In this document: positions 36,491 through 49,836 of the stretch, in pieces
How positions within the stretch are numbered: the stretch's first letter is position 1
Layout of the letters: each line of letters begins with the position of its first letter
Origin: Podarcis filfolensis
Taxonomy: Eukaryota
Length of the DNA: 64,000 nucleotides
Direction: 5' to 3' (one strand)
Assembly: GCA_964270895.1 (NCBI GenBank)
Contig: OZ185438.1
Notes under the pieces: model-generated
Database searches by the model: none
Told to the model about the DNA's origin: nothing
The model's input: only the letters and a program-made list of their open reading frames with translations
Translations under genes and position numbers: made by a program

Positions 36491-37052
36491 TATTCCAAAT
36501 GATGAACTGCCCCACATACATATTGAGGTGCCTAAGAAAGCTATGTGGGTATTTTGGCTTTCCCCGTTTTAGTAATTTTTTAAAAGGCAGTTACATTAAC
36601 TGCTAAATACCATTGATTTTAGACTCTTAACAACTCAAAGAATTTTCTGATAAATATTCAAGGACCACATTTTAAAAGCCATTTGTAAACACCTCTAGGA
36701 ATTCTTCGGAAGAAGGGAGTGAAACTTTGGTTTCATGGTTTAATCTTTAAAACCATTTTTTTAAAAAAAGAGAAACAAATCGTTAGTAATGCTAACCTTT
36801 TTGTTATTCCATCATTACTCTTCCGAATGCCATGCAAATCTTTTTACCCACAAGCCCATTATAAAATGCTTTTTCTAAGTATTATGCATCTTTCAGACAG
36901 TTTCTGTAGATCAGGTATGGGGAATTTTGGTCCTCCAAATACTTCATGAACTACAGCTACTGCCAGTCCTAGGAAGCATGGCCCCAGATTATGGGATATA
37001 TCAGCAACATCTGGAAGGCCAAAGGTTTCCACACTTGCTGTAGATACTTTGT

Positions 37053-37249
37053 ATGAGCTGTCTGGAAAAGAACCTGATGTTGGGAAAGATTGAGGGCACA
37101 AGGACGAGATGGTTGGACAGTGTTCTCAAAGCTGCTAACATGAGTTTGACCAAACTCCGGGAGGGAGTGGAAGACAGGAGTTCCTGGCGTGCTCTGGCCC
37201 ATGGGGTCATGAAGAGTCAGACACGACTAAACTACCAAACAACAACAAG
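37053..37249 (+). mobile_element. RTE-BovB LINE 3' end
   Basis: Translation LEKNLMLGKIEGTR.RWLDSV...MSLTKLRE.VEDR.SWRA.AHGV.KSQTRL followed by a (CAA)n tail, which is the BovB terminus. Confidence 0.9.
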
Positions 37250-37341
37250 CATGCCATGATAAGCGGGCAGGAAATTGTGTTGTTCTCACTAAATCCATAG
37301 CAGAGGAGCTGCCAAAGTAATGACTCAAGAAACATCTAAAT

Positions 37342-37477
37342 CAGGCATGGCCAAACTTGGCCCTCCAGCTCTTTTGGGACTGCAACTCCCATCATCCCTA
37401 GCTAACAGGACCAGTGGTCAGGTATGATGAGAATTGTAGTCCCAAAACATCTGGAGGGCCAAATTTGCCCATGTCTG
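37342..37477. mobile_element. hAT-type MITE, 136 bp
   Basis: TIRs caggcatggccaaact / aatttgcccatgtctg, internal ctcccatcatccc vs gatgatgagaattgtagtccc symmetry, and an 8-bp TSD atctaaat / gtctaaat. Confidence 0.85.
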
Positions 37478-40400
37478 GTCTAAATAAAGAAACAATGGGA
37501 AGATCTGGGAGACACTATTCCTAGTTCAAGATGAAAACTTTAAAAATTGCTAGAATACAGCATCAGACTACAAGCAAATTCTGATGGATTCCACCTCCCC
37601 CATAAACCTGTAAAATAAATCTCAAGCCATGGGAATCACATTTTACAAGTTTTACAAATTTAAGTTCTGCTATGCAAACATGCAGGCAAAAGTATTCTTA
37701 CATTTTTTGAAGGCATTTGGACTATATTTAGCACCATGGTGGAAAATGAGTGATTGGTGAATAAAAGTGTGCTGAAGGGTCTGAGCGCAGAATGTCTGAA
37801 AGGAGAAACTAGGATGTTACTGGTAGCATTCAGATTCCATGGTTCTGTTCCTCCAAACTAGAAACTAGTTGTGTGTTTATATCCTCCTTACTAACTAATG
37901 TTGCCTAATAAATGACTTCCTGGGTTAATCCAACCATAGTTTGTCATTCTGTGGTTTCAGCAAGCCCTCACACCCCAGATAGCAACCACAGTTTAATCCT
38001 GGTATGTTTTCCAGCTTTTATTTGCTCATTCAAACCATATCTTGTCAGTTAAGACAGACTATAGTTGGATTATGTTAGCAAGTTTTTACTAAGCCACACA
38101 TGAGGAGAGATTGCTTGGCTCATTTCCAAAATATGTCTGAATGTAGCCACAATGTTAAAATGGAAAAAGATGTATATGTTGCATATGCTTTCAGCCATGC
38201 AAAATACAGTGGTTTGTGTTGAAGCTGTGCTAGGTTTTAGCAGAGAATGATATTTTGTGAAGAATGATATTATTTGCAAAATAAAAGAGTAATCTTTACT
38301 ATGCCTATGTAATTTAGCATATGAATTTACAACACTGAGTTTGGGGGGTGGGCGGAGGGGAGAGATGTGTGATTTTTTTTATTTTTACTGTGAAACATTT
38401 AAAGCAACATGCTAGCAAAAAGCAGCTCTGTGGCTTTTCAATATGTAGTTATAGATTGTCTGTGGTAGGGAAAGCTCAGACATCCCAAATCAGCTGACTT
38501 CACTGTGGTAATGAATATTTGTGCAAAGCCACCTTACTCTGAAGACTTATTTGAGGTCTGAATGCTTGAGACACAGAGTTACTGCCACTTTTGATTGCCT
38601 TTATGTAGAAATTAATTTGCTAAGCATGTCTCAAAATCAGGTTATTCTAATTGGCTAAATTTTCTTTTTAAAGATTTCTTTTATTATAGTTCTGTGTTTG
38701 AATATGCTTCCTTTTCTGATTGTCTGATTAAATTCTGAATCCTTTTCTATGTACACTTGAGGAAGATGTGACCAAGAGGCTAATTCTTCCTGCTTAATGG
38801 TAATGAGCTTTGACCCTATAAGCTTTGAATTCAGAATTATAATTTGGAAAGTTATGGCGTGTGTTTGCAGAAACTTTAGTAAATATGCTGTGTGCAAAAG
38901 CCTCAAAAGCTCAACGTGCAAGTAATCAAGATTTTTGAAGGTTTATACATGAGTTTTTGTTCAGAGTAATCTGGAAGTGTAAATGATTTCACAATATGGA
39001 ATGCATATGAATCACTAATTAGGAAGGTTTGTAGGACCTGGATTTGTATTGAATAGGGTTTCTGATGGCTAGCTTTAAATTGGAGCATTTGACTGAACTT
39101 CCAGGCTTCTTCTTTTTCAATCTTGGCTTCAGTGGTTGTCAGTTGACAATGGGATTCAGTGTGGCATTTGTGAGAATTTAAATGTACTAACACATGAAAG
39201 CAAAGAGTGGTTCTCCTTCATAACAGTGGTGATTTTTGTAAAAAGTGAATGTCACACAGCAGAAGAGGACAAATGGACTTTGTCTTTCTGGAACTAACAT
39301 GACGCTTGTCTGTTCACTTTATAATCCATTCTATCCTGTCAGCATATCCTTATGCATGCATTTAAAGCCCCACACAATTATAACGATGTGAGGTTTGAGT
39401 AGAAATATGGTAGCTGCCTTCTCTGTCACATCCCCATCGCCTATCTCCACTGCCCTTCACTTGTTGGAAGGCAAAGGTCTGCAGCAGGAGGCCTGCTTTA
39501 CTCAGGTCCCTAGCTTGTGTAAATTAGATTCCTGCAGAGACACACTGCATTTTTACTGATAGCATCAGTGTATCATCATTAACCCTCTAAACACGCTAGT
39601 TAAAGCACCAGACCTGCTCTGTAAGAGCTATTCCACTCAGGGGGAACTCCTCACAAGTACACTAATTTGTTCAAAACACCTTTTTAAGTGTGACCATTTC
39701 TGCATGATAAAAAAGTGGCTGAGTTCTGGTTCCACCAGCTTCTGCTTCATTTTCTTGACCACCCACGCTTTAAGGACAAAGATAAATACAGGCATTTGAG
39801 TAATATGAAACTAAGGGTTTATAAAGGGTTTATAAAGGCTCCTTAGATTGAATAAGGGACTTAATGAAAGGCAGATAAAGGGTTGTTGTTGTTGTTGTTT
39901 TGGGGTTGTTTGGTGGGGGTTGTTGCGCATGCACGTGCTGCGATAGAGCACTCCTGTGCATGCACGAAGTGTGCAGATCGCTCCTGCACGCTTCTGGATT
40001 TGCCGCATTCATAACCAGAAAAAACGCAACATGAAGCAAACGCAACTCAAGCCCAGGCCAAGTGCTTCCCACACTCTAGTTGTCTAGGTCCCTAGATCTT
40101 AGGGATTTTCTTTTATTTCTTTTATTTTTATTTCTTTTATTTTTTTCAACCCAACGTCCTCAAATGCATTTCCACCTTAAGCCATCCTTCTGAGCACTCT
40201 AAGAGCTTGGAAGGGGATTTGTGCTGAACCCCAGATACTTTGGGGTGGATCCAATAGATCACTTCTTTCAAAGGAAGGATTCTTCATTTGATGGAGAAAG
40301 TATTTTTCTACTGGATGAAGTTAAGTTTTGTTCCAATACTTTCTCTGAGTGCAGATTATTATCTATAATTACTCTTATGATTTAAAGACCAATGATACAC

Positions 40401-42717
40401 CATATAGACTATCCCCTTGCCTGGCAGGCACCAGTTGGGAAGTACTATGGATCACATCCTCAAAGCTGAAAGGCCAGCAGTGGTATGTTAACCATGATTC
40501 AATAACTGTCCTTTGTGCAATCCAACAACATGCTGACAATTGCTTTTAATTTGCAGCACTAGTGAAATTCTTGGCTGTGGGGGTTAGAGCACTCTCCAGG
40601 TGATAGAAAAAGTGTGCTGAATTAACCTACATATAGATTCCATAAAGAGTCCATTTGAAGAACTATACTACCATGGTGCTTTTGATGGCAGGGAAAATAT
40701 TATTCTCCACTGCCATTGTTTGTACTCAGTGATGTTTAGTGGAATTGTTCCTGTTGCAAAATGCCTTATTGCATCTCAGTTCCGCTCATCTGAAGGAATA
40801 TATGTTGGTATCTTTCTGCAGTTTCAGTGGAAAACATTTTGTAGTGGCTTTTCTTTTCCTTTCCTTTCCTAAAAAAGCATTTTGACTGATTTTGCTTCAA
40901 ATGGGTCACAAACCATTCCATTCCAAACTGGAGAGAGGCAACTGCCTTCTGAGCCAGCATTGTCCAGGCTCAGATAGGTTGAGGGAAAGCCCCAGGTGAG
41001 CTGGGCCAACCCAATATCTGCCTCAAACTCACTTTGTCTCAGCAGGTCTTGGATCTGGATTGTGCCTTTCTGAAGGGGAAAAATATTGGTTAAAGCCTGG
41101 TTAAATAATTTCAAACTTTATTTATTTTGTATACAAATTTCAATGCTGGTAATTCAAAGAAAAAGATAAACATTAAATGGGTGTACATAGTAAAATCAAC
41201 ATAATAGAATGACAGGTAAAAACATAAAAATACAAACATCAGAAAACCATAGAACTATGCCACTATTTATTTATTTATTTATTTATTTATAAAGTAAATA
41301 AATAAATTTCTGTACCTGCAAACCAAGGTATTTGATTCTGCCCAACTTGCCAGTGTTAGGTAAATAGTATGGTTCCAGCTCAGCAGCAGGCATTCCTGTG
41401 TAAGTCAGACGTTTAGGCTTCTAGCCTGATTTTGATACTACAGCAACTTTGAATAAGTTGAATGGACTAGTTCTCAGTGAATTAGTTATTGGTACTGAGC
41501 AAGTTGTGGAGATGTTTTTAAACAGGATAGCGTATTGAACTTAGATGGTCTCTAAGGTGCTACTGGACAAAATTTTTATTTTTATTTATTTATTTCGACT
41601 GCGTCAGACCAACACGGCATCCTACCTGAATCTAGAGCCAGTTCCTGTCTTTCTTGTCTTGTTAGTCCCACAGTATTAAGTGGTTTAAAATTATTTTTAT
41701 TTCCAATTCCATTGAAGTTATCCTAAGAAGTTCCATAACCTTTCATTTTATCACTGCTATTGTTTAATAGCAATATAAAACCACTGGAGGTGATTGTCCT
41801 GTGATTAGCAGTATTAAAATATGCTGAATAACACCATACAGTACTCTGGTCTAGAAGTAATGCTTTGGGAGGCTGAATTGGGGTTTGTATTTGACTAAAT
41901 GAGAGCCACAGTGAATCTAAACAACATAAGATGGAGGTTGTGGCTCATGTAACTGAGAGAGGATTTCCTTTCTAGAGATAAGTCGTAGCCTTTTGAAATA
42001 ACATAAGCAAAAGGAAATGGATTATTGATTCAGTCTAAAATTAACAGAGTGAAGGAGGAGTCTTTCTGCCTTTAGAATACCAAAGAATGTGGTATGTTTT
42101 CTCTATATCATATTTAGTGCTGGTATCCAGTTTATAAATTCACTTTTACAGCCAACACTGAATTGTCTCCCTTGGAAATGCTTACCTGTACTATAAAAAG
42201 CAAGGCTCTTGCAGAATAAGCTACATGCACTGCGAATATGGGATAATATCATGTATTATTCATGCAGATTTACAGTATCTGTATTACTCTTTCCCATCCC
42301 TTTCCCAAACAATGAACACAGTAATTCCACTTTGCACGTAATGTAATATACAAAGTTGTTTTTGTTTTAAAGTGTGTTGTAAAAGTCAATTTTCTCAACA
42401 TGCTTTGGTCCATCTGCAAAATCAAAGAAATATGATTGTATTTTTTCAAGAGCAATTTTAGTGATAAGTTAAATTTACAACATCCATACATGAATGTACA
42501 AAGCAGAAAGCCAGGTTTGACATATCTTTTGGTTTAGAATGTGAGTTCAGGGCGGATGGGGAAGGATTTAGAAGACCTACCGGTACTTTATGACAAGACC
42601 TGGATGTCGGGTTACTAAAAAAGTGGGCTTGATGCAAGACCCATGCACTCTGCCAAGCTGCTCCTTCTGAACATCACCCAATCACCCAAAACTTCAATCA
42701 CCCAAAACTATTCTTAC

Positions 42718-42849
42718 TTGCTTTGCCATGGAAACCCTACCTATCAGCTATATTAGCTTATAGAACCTCCATGCTCAGAGTCAGTATACCTCTACTGGGA
42801 GCAAGCAGAAGAAGAATATGGTTGTCTACATGCTGTGCTGGGTTGGCTG
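42718..42849 (-). other. Candidate spliced exon, mostly non-coding, possibly ending in ATG GCA AAG CAA (MAKQ)
   Basis: Long polypyrimidine acceptor ttgtttctctctaatctaaaccttgtctttccaacag (tandem CAGCAG) and donor GCAA|gtaaga. All three frames are closed upstream of a ccATGG 12 nt before the donor. Confidence 0.3.
42722..42735. promoter_or_regulatory. RFX X-box-like motif
   Basis: TTTGCCATGGAAAC (reverse complement GTTTCCATGGCAAA) is a 13/14 match to the GTTNCCATGGNAAC consensus. Motif match only. Confidence 0.3.
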
Positions 42850-45098
42850 CTGTTGGAAAGACAAGGTTTAGATTAGAGAGAAACAAGTGCCTTAAGAAAA
42901 AAACCACAAATTGAATACAGTACAGGGGATGAGTCTGAGCTCCAAACACTGAGCCACGCCTTTAATTTAACATTTGTTCCTGCAAAATGTATTTAAGGTA
43001 GTCAAATTAGTGAGGCCTCTGAGATCAGTGCTTTGTCAAGGTGCTTTGTCCAAGGTGACAAACAGAATACAAGGCAGAGGAAGGGCCAGGTATACCAGAT
43101 GCAAGATACCTTTAATGCTTTTTTTTTGTCAGCTTCAAAAAGCATCTGGCTCATCGCTGTTGGCAGTATAATGCTGGGCTAGATCCAGCCACCCATATTG
43201 ATGATCTGATCTACTAGAACTTCTACTACTTCTGCTACTACTACCCTTGCTGCACAAGTAAGACGAGCTCATATTTCTCCTATGCTCCACTGTTGTATTG
43301 AGGGACAGGCAGAGATAGACTCTGGGGATCCTTGGTGCACCTGCAGCAGAATACTGTGCTGGATCTTTAGAACCCCTTCTGCCCTCCCCCCCCCCCAAAT
43401 TCAAAAGAATATAATAGTCCTGTTTGTTTGGACCAAATGGCTATCTAGGTCAGGATCCTGTTTCACACAGTTGCAATCCAAATGCCTATGGGAAGCCAAC
43501 AAGTAGGGAATAAGCCATTTGCCATTGTTCCACATACAAGTGTGTAAGTGTGTAAGACTGCATCAGTGGGGGTTCCAACCTGGGAAGTCTAACTGCTGTG
43601 TACACTCACTGAATTAAACTTGCAATTAGACTTCATTATGGTCTGTGCAGATTAGCTTGGGGAGCTGTATATGAGATGGAAAGACTGATTATGTGTTTAT
43701 GCTTCTGCAGCTCAACTTACATACGGCACTCACCAGCCAAACCAAAGGTACTTTTTCCCTTCAAGGAGTGAAGGGAAATATTCCTATTCAGAAGAATTCA
43801 TAGGTTTAATAGCAATAATGGTCAGATACAGAGCTGATTTATGTACTATTGGAGTACCACAGGTGCTGATCCACATACTTCTGCCCACATGGCTAGAGCA
43901 GATTATGTGGTTGCACACAATGCTAGAGAAAAAAGGATTTATATTATATATTTCTTATCCTGCTATACACTCCTCAATCATGGGAAATAGATGTGGTCAT
44001 TACCCAGTGTGGAAGAAGATGAATTATGGAGGTGGCATGAATAATACCACTATAGCTACCATGTTAAATGCTATCCCACTTTCAAAACATTTGACAGAGT
44101 AGAAACTTTGAACATAGGAGCCTATATACTGAGTAGCATATGGAACCATACCTACTGCATGGGCTAAATTCAGAAATAATGCTTTCCTAGAATTGAATAT
44201 ATCTAATCACGTCTGTCTTTCTGTCAGGACGATGATGCTAAAATGGTCTTAAAACAACATCCCCTCACTTTGCATTAAAGCTCTGAGACCAGCACTCAGC
44301 TCTGTGCATTTTGAACTCTGTGCAATAAAAGTTTTAAGAGATAAGAAGCTTTTTCTATTTCAGGGTTGCCATTAGTCTGAATAATGCATAAACAAGGGGA
44401 AAGGTTTGAAGTACTACTGAGGATCACAGTATAGCTTCAATTAAATTATACATCATTATCACAGCTGCCAAGACTGATGTGGGATTTTGGCCTCGTATAT
44501 CACTAAATGTTCTATGTAGCTGTCTTGTCTAATTCTTTATTTCAAAGCAACCAACAACTCTCTTAGCAAAAGGGGGGAAATGAAGTTAAAAACCCAGTTT
44601 CAGAAACATGCAGGACATGGCATGGTTAATTATGATGGTATTTTGATGTGTCAACAATCAAGCACTAAGCGGGGGAAAGTTCAACCCTCTAGCATCAAAA
44701 TAAAACACAAGGGAGAAATCAAACACTACTGAGTCGTGACATATTAGTTCTTGATTAAACAAAACACTGCATGCTGTCTCAGTCAGTGGAGCAGTATGCT
44801 TTATATCAGATAAGCAAGCCCTTTGTTAAACTCATGGTTATTATTCCATAATGTGCATTTTTCAAACTGCTCCTGCTTTGTCCAACACCATCCAGAACTA
44901 CAAATTCAAGTGTTTATGATTAGTTGATAAAATTAGATAGGAGGAATTGTTGATGATTAAATGGACAAATTGTTTGCCATGAGTGGTAACCATATTTTTT
45001 GTACCATCTATGCAATCCTGTTGATGGTATCATATGAATTGGTTATGCATTATAGCGCGATGGTGTATTATTCATACATCATTAATAGGTTTAATAAA

Positions 45099-45476
45099 GG
45101 GGGTGGGTGGCACTGTGGTCTAAACTACTGAGCCTCTTGCTTGCTGATTGGAAGGTCGGCGGTTCAAATCCGCATGACCGGATGAGCTCCCTTTGCTCTG
45201 TCTCAGCTTCTGCCAACCTAGCAGTTCTAAAGCACGCCAGTGCAAGTAGATAAATAGGTACTACTGTGGCGGGAAGGTAAACAGTGTTTCCATGCACTCT
45301 GGCTTCTGTCATGGTCCTCCGTATGCCAGAAGCAGTTTAGTCATGCTGGCCACATGACCCAGAAGGCTGTCTGTAGACAAATGCCGGCTCCCTCAGCCTG
45401 AAAAGTGAGATGAGCATCACACCCCATAGTTGCTTTTGACTGGATTTAACTGCCCAGAGGTCCCTTACCTTTATCA
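45099..45476 (+). mobile_element. Sauria SINE, full-length
   Basis: Sauria head, body and ACCTTT tail, with a 13-bp TSD aataggtttaata (45084-45096, 45477-45489). Confidence 0.95.
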
Positions 45477-46017
45477 AATAGGTTTAATATTGCTAATTTT
45501 GGTGTGAATTCTGAGGCTTAAAGTATTGAAATCTGATAATACTTTGAGCACAGGATTGGGACTATGTAGTGCATACCTCCCTCCACACACTTTGTGTACA
45601 ACAGTGGTGGAAATACTTCAGGCTTAGGGGGTCTGTTTTGTTTTTCAGTTGAACCATAAGGTTTTACTGAATAAAAAAAAATTGATCCCAGGAATTTGGT
45701 TTGAATAACAGAAATGAACAGAATTTTCAGTCCTTCCATAAAAAAATTACTCCTGTTGCCCCAAGATTTATTCAATCCAGCCATATGATTTGGAAGAGAG
45801 CCATTTTGTTGCTGCTGTTGTTAAATAACTGGGAGAAATTCTTGCCAATCTACTACAAATCACAGAGATCTACCTTCTGCCCACCGTGGTGTATAGGATA
45901 CTGTATAGGATTCCGTGTTTATGTGTGATTGCAAGTGTCTAATTTCCATGACTCAGGAGAACATGAGGACATATACAGGTACATGGTCTCACATAATATG
46001 ATGATCATAACAAGAAA

Positions 46018-46198
46018 GGGCCATAGCTCAGTGATGCACTGCATACCTTGCACACAAATGGTCCCAGGTTTTAATCTCTGGCATCTCCAAGTAAGGCTGG
46101 GAAAGAATAATCTCTGAAACCCTGGAGAGCAGCTGTAGTGTAGGCAATACTGAATTAGATGGATCAATATCCTAATGTGGTATAAGGCTGCTTCCTGT
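46018..46198 (+). mobile_element. tRNA-derived squamate SINE
   Basis: gggccatagctcagtg...ggtcccagg...ggcatctcc...ccctggagagcagc...aaggctgcttcct; same family as the copies at 2.3 and 60.8 kb. Confidence 0.75.
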
Positions 46199-46467
46199 AA
46201 ACATACACTCAGTTTAGACATGCACGGTGGTCTATTGTTACACCACTCATACCATAGGTGCCAACTGCCTGAGGCCCTGGGGGCCTGAGCACCCACAAAA
46301 TTCTCTGTGAAGGGGCCAGACTCCCACAAATTTCAGTGCCAGGGCCATGCACACTGCATGGCACCCATGGCCCTGGGCACCCACAGTCCGGGGCCAGGCT
46401 GGCACTTCCGACTGATAAGGTATGGCTGTATTTCAAAATTGTGATATTACGCTAATGCTTACAGATA

Positions 46468-46693
46468 CAGTGGTACCTCGGGTGAAGAACTTAATTCGTT
46501 CTGGAGGTCCGTTCTTAACCTGAAACTGTTCTTAACCTGAAGCACCACTTTAGCTAATGGGGCCTCCTGCTGCTGCTGCACTGCTGCCGCACAATTTCTG
46601 TTCTCATCCTGAAGCAAAGTTCTTAACCTGAGGTACTATTTCTGGGTTAGTGGAGTCTGTAACCTGAAGCATCTGTAACCTGAGGTACCACTG
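46468..46693 (+). mobile_element. Tc1/mariner (Tigger-like) MITE, copy 1
   Basis: TIR cagtggtacctc / gaggtaccactg flanked by a TA TSD; 226 bp. Confidence 0.92.
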
Positions 46694-49600
46694 TAATGCT
46701 ATTGCCCATATGGACTTTTAGACATAAAATGTCTTCTAAAATGTTGTACCTTCAGTGGTTAACTAAGCTGATGCATATACTGTGTCTTAGCAATGTGCCA
46801 ATATGTCATTCGTTTTAGTTTCCCTATTGAGATTGCAATACTGTTTACATTTATATTCTTTGTAATTTTGCAGTACATTGGCACACAGAATTGTTTGCTT
46901 GTATCCGAATAGTATAGCTACTTACAAGATTTGCTTATTGGTAGGTGCTCCAACTTGTCTTTTAAAACAGTAAGGAAGAATGGTTTTGTTTTGTTTTTAT
47001 GTCTGCCAAGACTTTATCAGAAGGATGACAGGAAAGTTGCTACCCCTTTAATGAGGTCATGGCTTTCCCGATATGAAACTTGGGAGGGAATTCCTAATCA
47101 GACAGCCTGCCAGCTGTTTCTTCTACATCTTGGTACATATCTTGGAGAAAACAACCGTTGACTTAATTTCCATATTGTTTTTGTCATATCTTTTCCTTGA
47201 GAAGTTATCACGTCAAAGTAAAAATTAGTACTGAGAAAGTAATGGCAGAATTTGTCTTTAGAAATGTATTTTACTATTTTTTTTTATTCAGAACAATAGA
47301 CTGCTTTCAACAGAAACCTCTGCATTCAGATCAGTGGCATAGTAATGCCTAAAAATATGATAAGGATTTGATATATGAGAGAAAGAACAACAGTGTACTC
47401 AAAAGGGGTTCTGCATCCCAGCAAAAACTTTTCCGTCACTGGATTAGAGAACTTTGAGAAATGCGGGCAAGGTGATGCGAGTGTGTCGCTAGTACTAGAC
47501 TTTCACCTAAAATATATAATACAGTGAGATGAAGTTGCTGTTGTTTTAAAAACCTTCTCCTGACTGGAAAGCAAACCTCCTGAACTGGGATCTGAGCTAA
47601 CATTTTTCTATCCTTTGTTGTTTCAGACATAGGATCGGAGGCAGTGTTCTAACATAGCCTAGCAACTAGAGCGGACTGCCATCTAACCCATGTGGCAGGG
47701 AGGATGAAACATAGACACTTCTCCATCCCTGCACTGGAAGCCTCTCTTTTGTTTCCAGATTAGGTTTAAAATCTACTAAAAACGTTGGATGGAGAAAACT
47801 AAATTTTCTACATCTTCTGTACTTGAAAGCATGAGTTGCTGGAACCATTAGTAACTGAATTCTAAAGATCTGGACTTTTCTTAAAACAATAGGTATCAGT
47901 GGGGGGCATTTTGCATGGACAGTGGGAAGGGTGGCTTAAGATCTGAAAAGCAGTCAGCAGGTTTCTACTGGGAAATTAACACAGAGTGGTAGGTTTCTTA
48001 AACAATAATAATTTGCAGTCAAAAATTGTGACCAATATATGTATGTGCTGAGTAGGACAATTCTGAGATGCATCAAAGGCTAGAAATCACAGAAATCTAA
48101 TTTTACTTGAATGGAGTTCTTAGATTCATTGAGATATTACACGTAAATGAAAATACCAAGTGTCTTTGACTTGTCAGTGAAAAAGTGCCTCGAGCTTCTT
48201 AACAAATGGAACTGTGATGTATATTTGGAAGCTTCATGACATATTAAAGTAGTTTATGAGGCACAATTTGTTTTGGTGGTCTGCACTGATTGATGGCATG
48301 CTATCTGCCATTGCTTCATCTATTGTGGAATTTCAGTAATAAATGTTGGTAGCTAGACAGTGCTAAATGTGTTCCATCTAAATCATTCGTTACTTATAAC
48401 AAGTTTCAGTGTATATGAATCAAAGGTTGTTTATACTTGCCTTCAGATTAATTCATCATTTGAAGCAGCTCTATCATTTGAAATGGGATAACTGAGACAC
48501 GTGTCTCTTGAGTAAGTGACTTGAACATCAAGGTAATATATTCTTAAAATGTTAAAAGTTCAGCAATTAAAACTTCACTTGTTCGAAATGTCCATAAAAA
48601 GCAGACAATTAATACCTCACAAATAATCATGAATAAAATCATTTTAAAGGACAAAACACCTATGAAAAGATTTTTAAAAGACCAGTTCTACAATATGCTC
48701 ACTTTGAAGTAGCTTTATATAAAATATAGTCTAAAGGGAAAACATGAAAGCTGGAAGTCCTTGCAACAACGTGACTCAACATGCATGCACACAAATTGTA
48801 CCTTTTACAACAAGAAAATAACAGGAATACTGAACAACCAGAAATAGTTTTTTTTTTTTTAAAAAAACCAGACAATAATAATTGTGGCCTAATTTTGATG
48901 GTTATAGCAAGGACCTTGGCTGTATTTTTTGTTATTTTAGGTTCAGAGTCTGCCATTAAAATTGAAGTGCAGAATTCATCTGAGTTCCCCATGGGCAAAC
49001 TAAGAACTGGAGAGATAAACTGGGCTTTATTTTCCCGTAAAAACTGCATTATAGAAGAACACGGGCTAATGAATACAGTAATTCAAATACAATATAAAAC
49101 AACAAAAGCTTTTTAAAAGCTAACAACAGAACTAAAATGCATGATTTTAAAAACTAAGACTGTACATCATATGTTAATTAAAAGGATCTCAATAGCAAAA
49201 TAATAATAATAATTTTATTATTTGTACCCTGCCAATCTGCCTGGGTTGCCCCATCCACTCTAGGTGGGTTCCAACATATATAAAAACATAATAAAACATT
49301 AAACATTACAAAACAAGCACGTGAATTCATCTTCACCTTCACTAGAAGCTGTAGGTTGCGTTCAAACTAGAAATGGTGTGAGACTTTGACTGTGGGAGCT
49401 TGAAAGGCCAATCCCTTCTCCTTGAAAAGACTCTCCCCATTTCACATTGAGTTCAGCTTCCTTTGAACCTGGTCCAACTGAAAACAGGACTCTGTCCTCA
49501 CCATTGCCTAACCTCCTGTCCAGGAAAAGTAAATGAATCCTAGCCATGGGAAAACAGAAGTGGGTAACAGGCAGTGGGGAAATCTCACCTTAGCTGGAAA

Positions 49601-49793
49601 TGATCAATGAAGCATCATTTCTTGCTGCATATAATGGAGCTCCTAATTTTGAATGCCATTCTCAGCTGAAGAAAGACCTTGCAAGGCCTCTGCAATGTGA
49701 TAGTGAGCTCTTCCTCTCAGGGGAGCCAACTTGGGCCCCAGGTTATGGGTGCCCATTGTGCATGACATCATGACATCATGCATGTGCCCCAGC

Positions 49794-49836
49794 TTCAGAA
49801 CCTGACTTCCAGTCGCACCGGAAGTCGGGTTCTGAA
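49794..49836. repeat. 17-bp inverted repeat (hairpin), probably a MITE core
   Basis: ttcagaacctgacttcc / ggaagtcgggttctgaa with one mismatch and a 9-nt loop. Confidence 0.7.
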
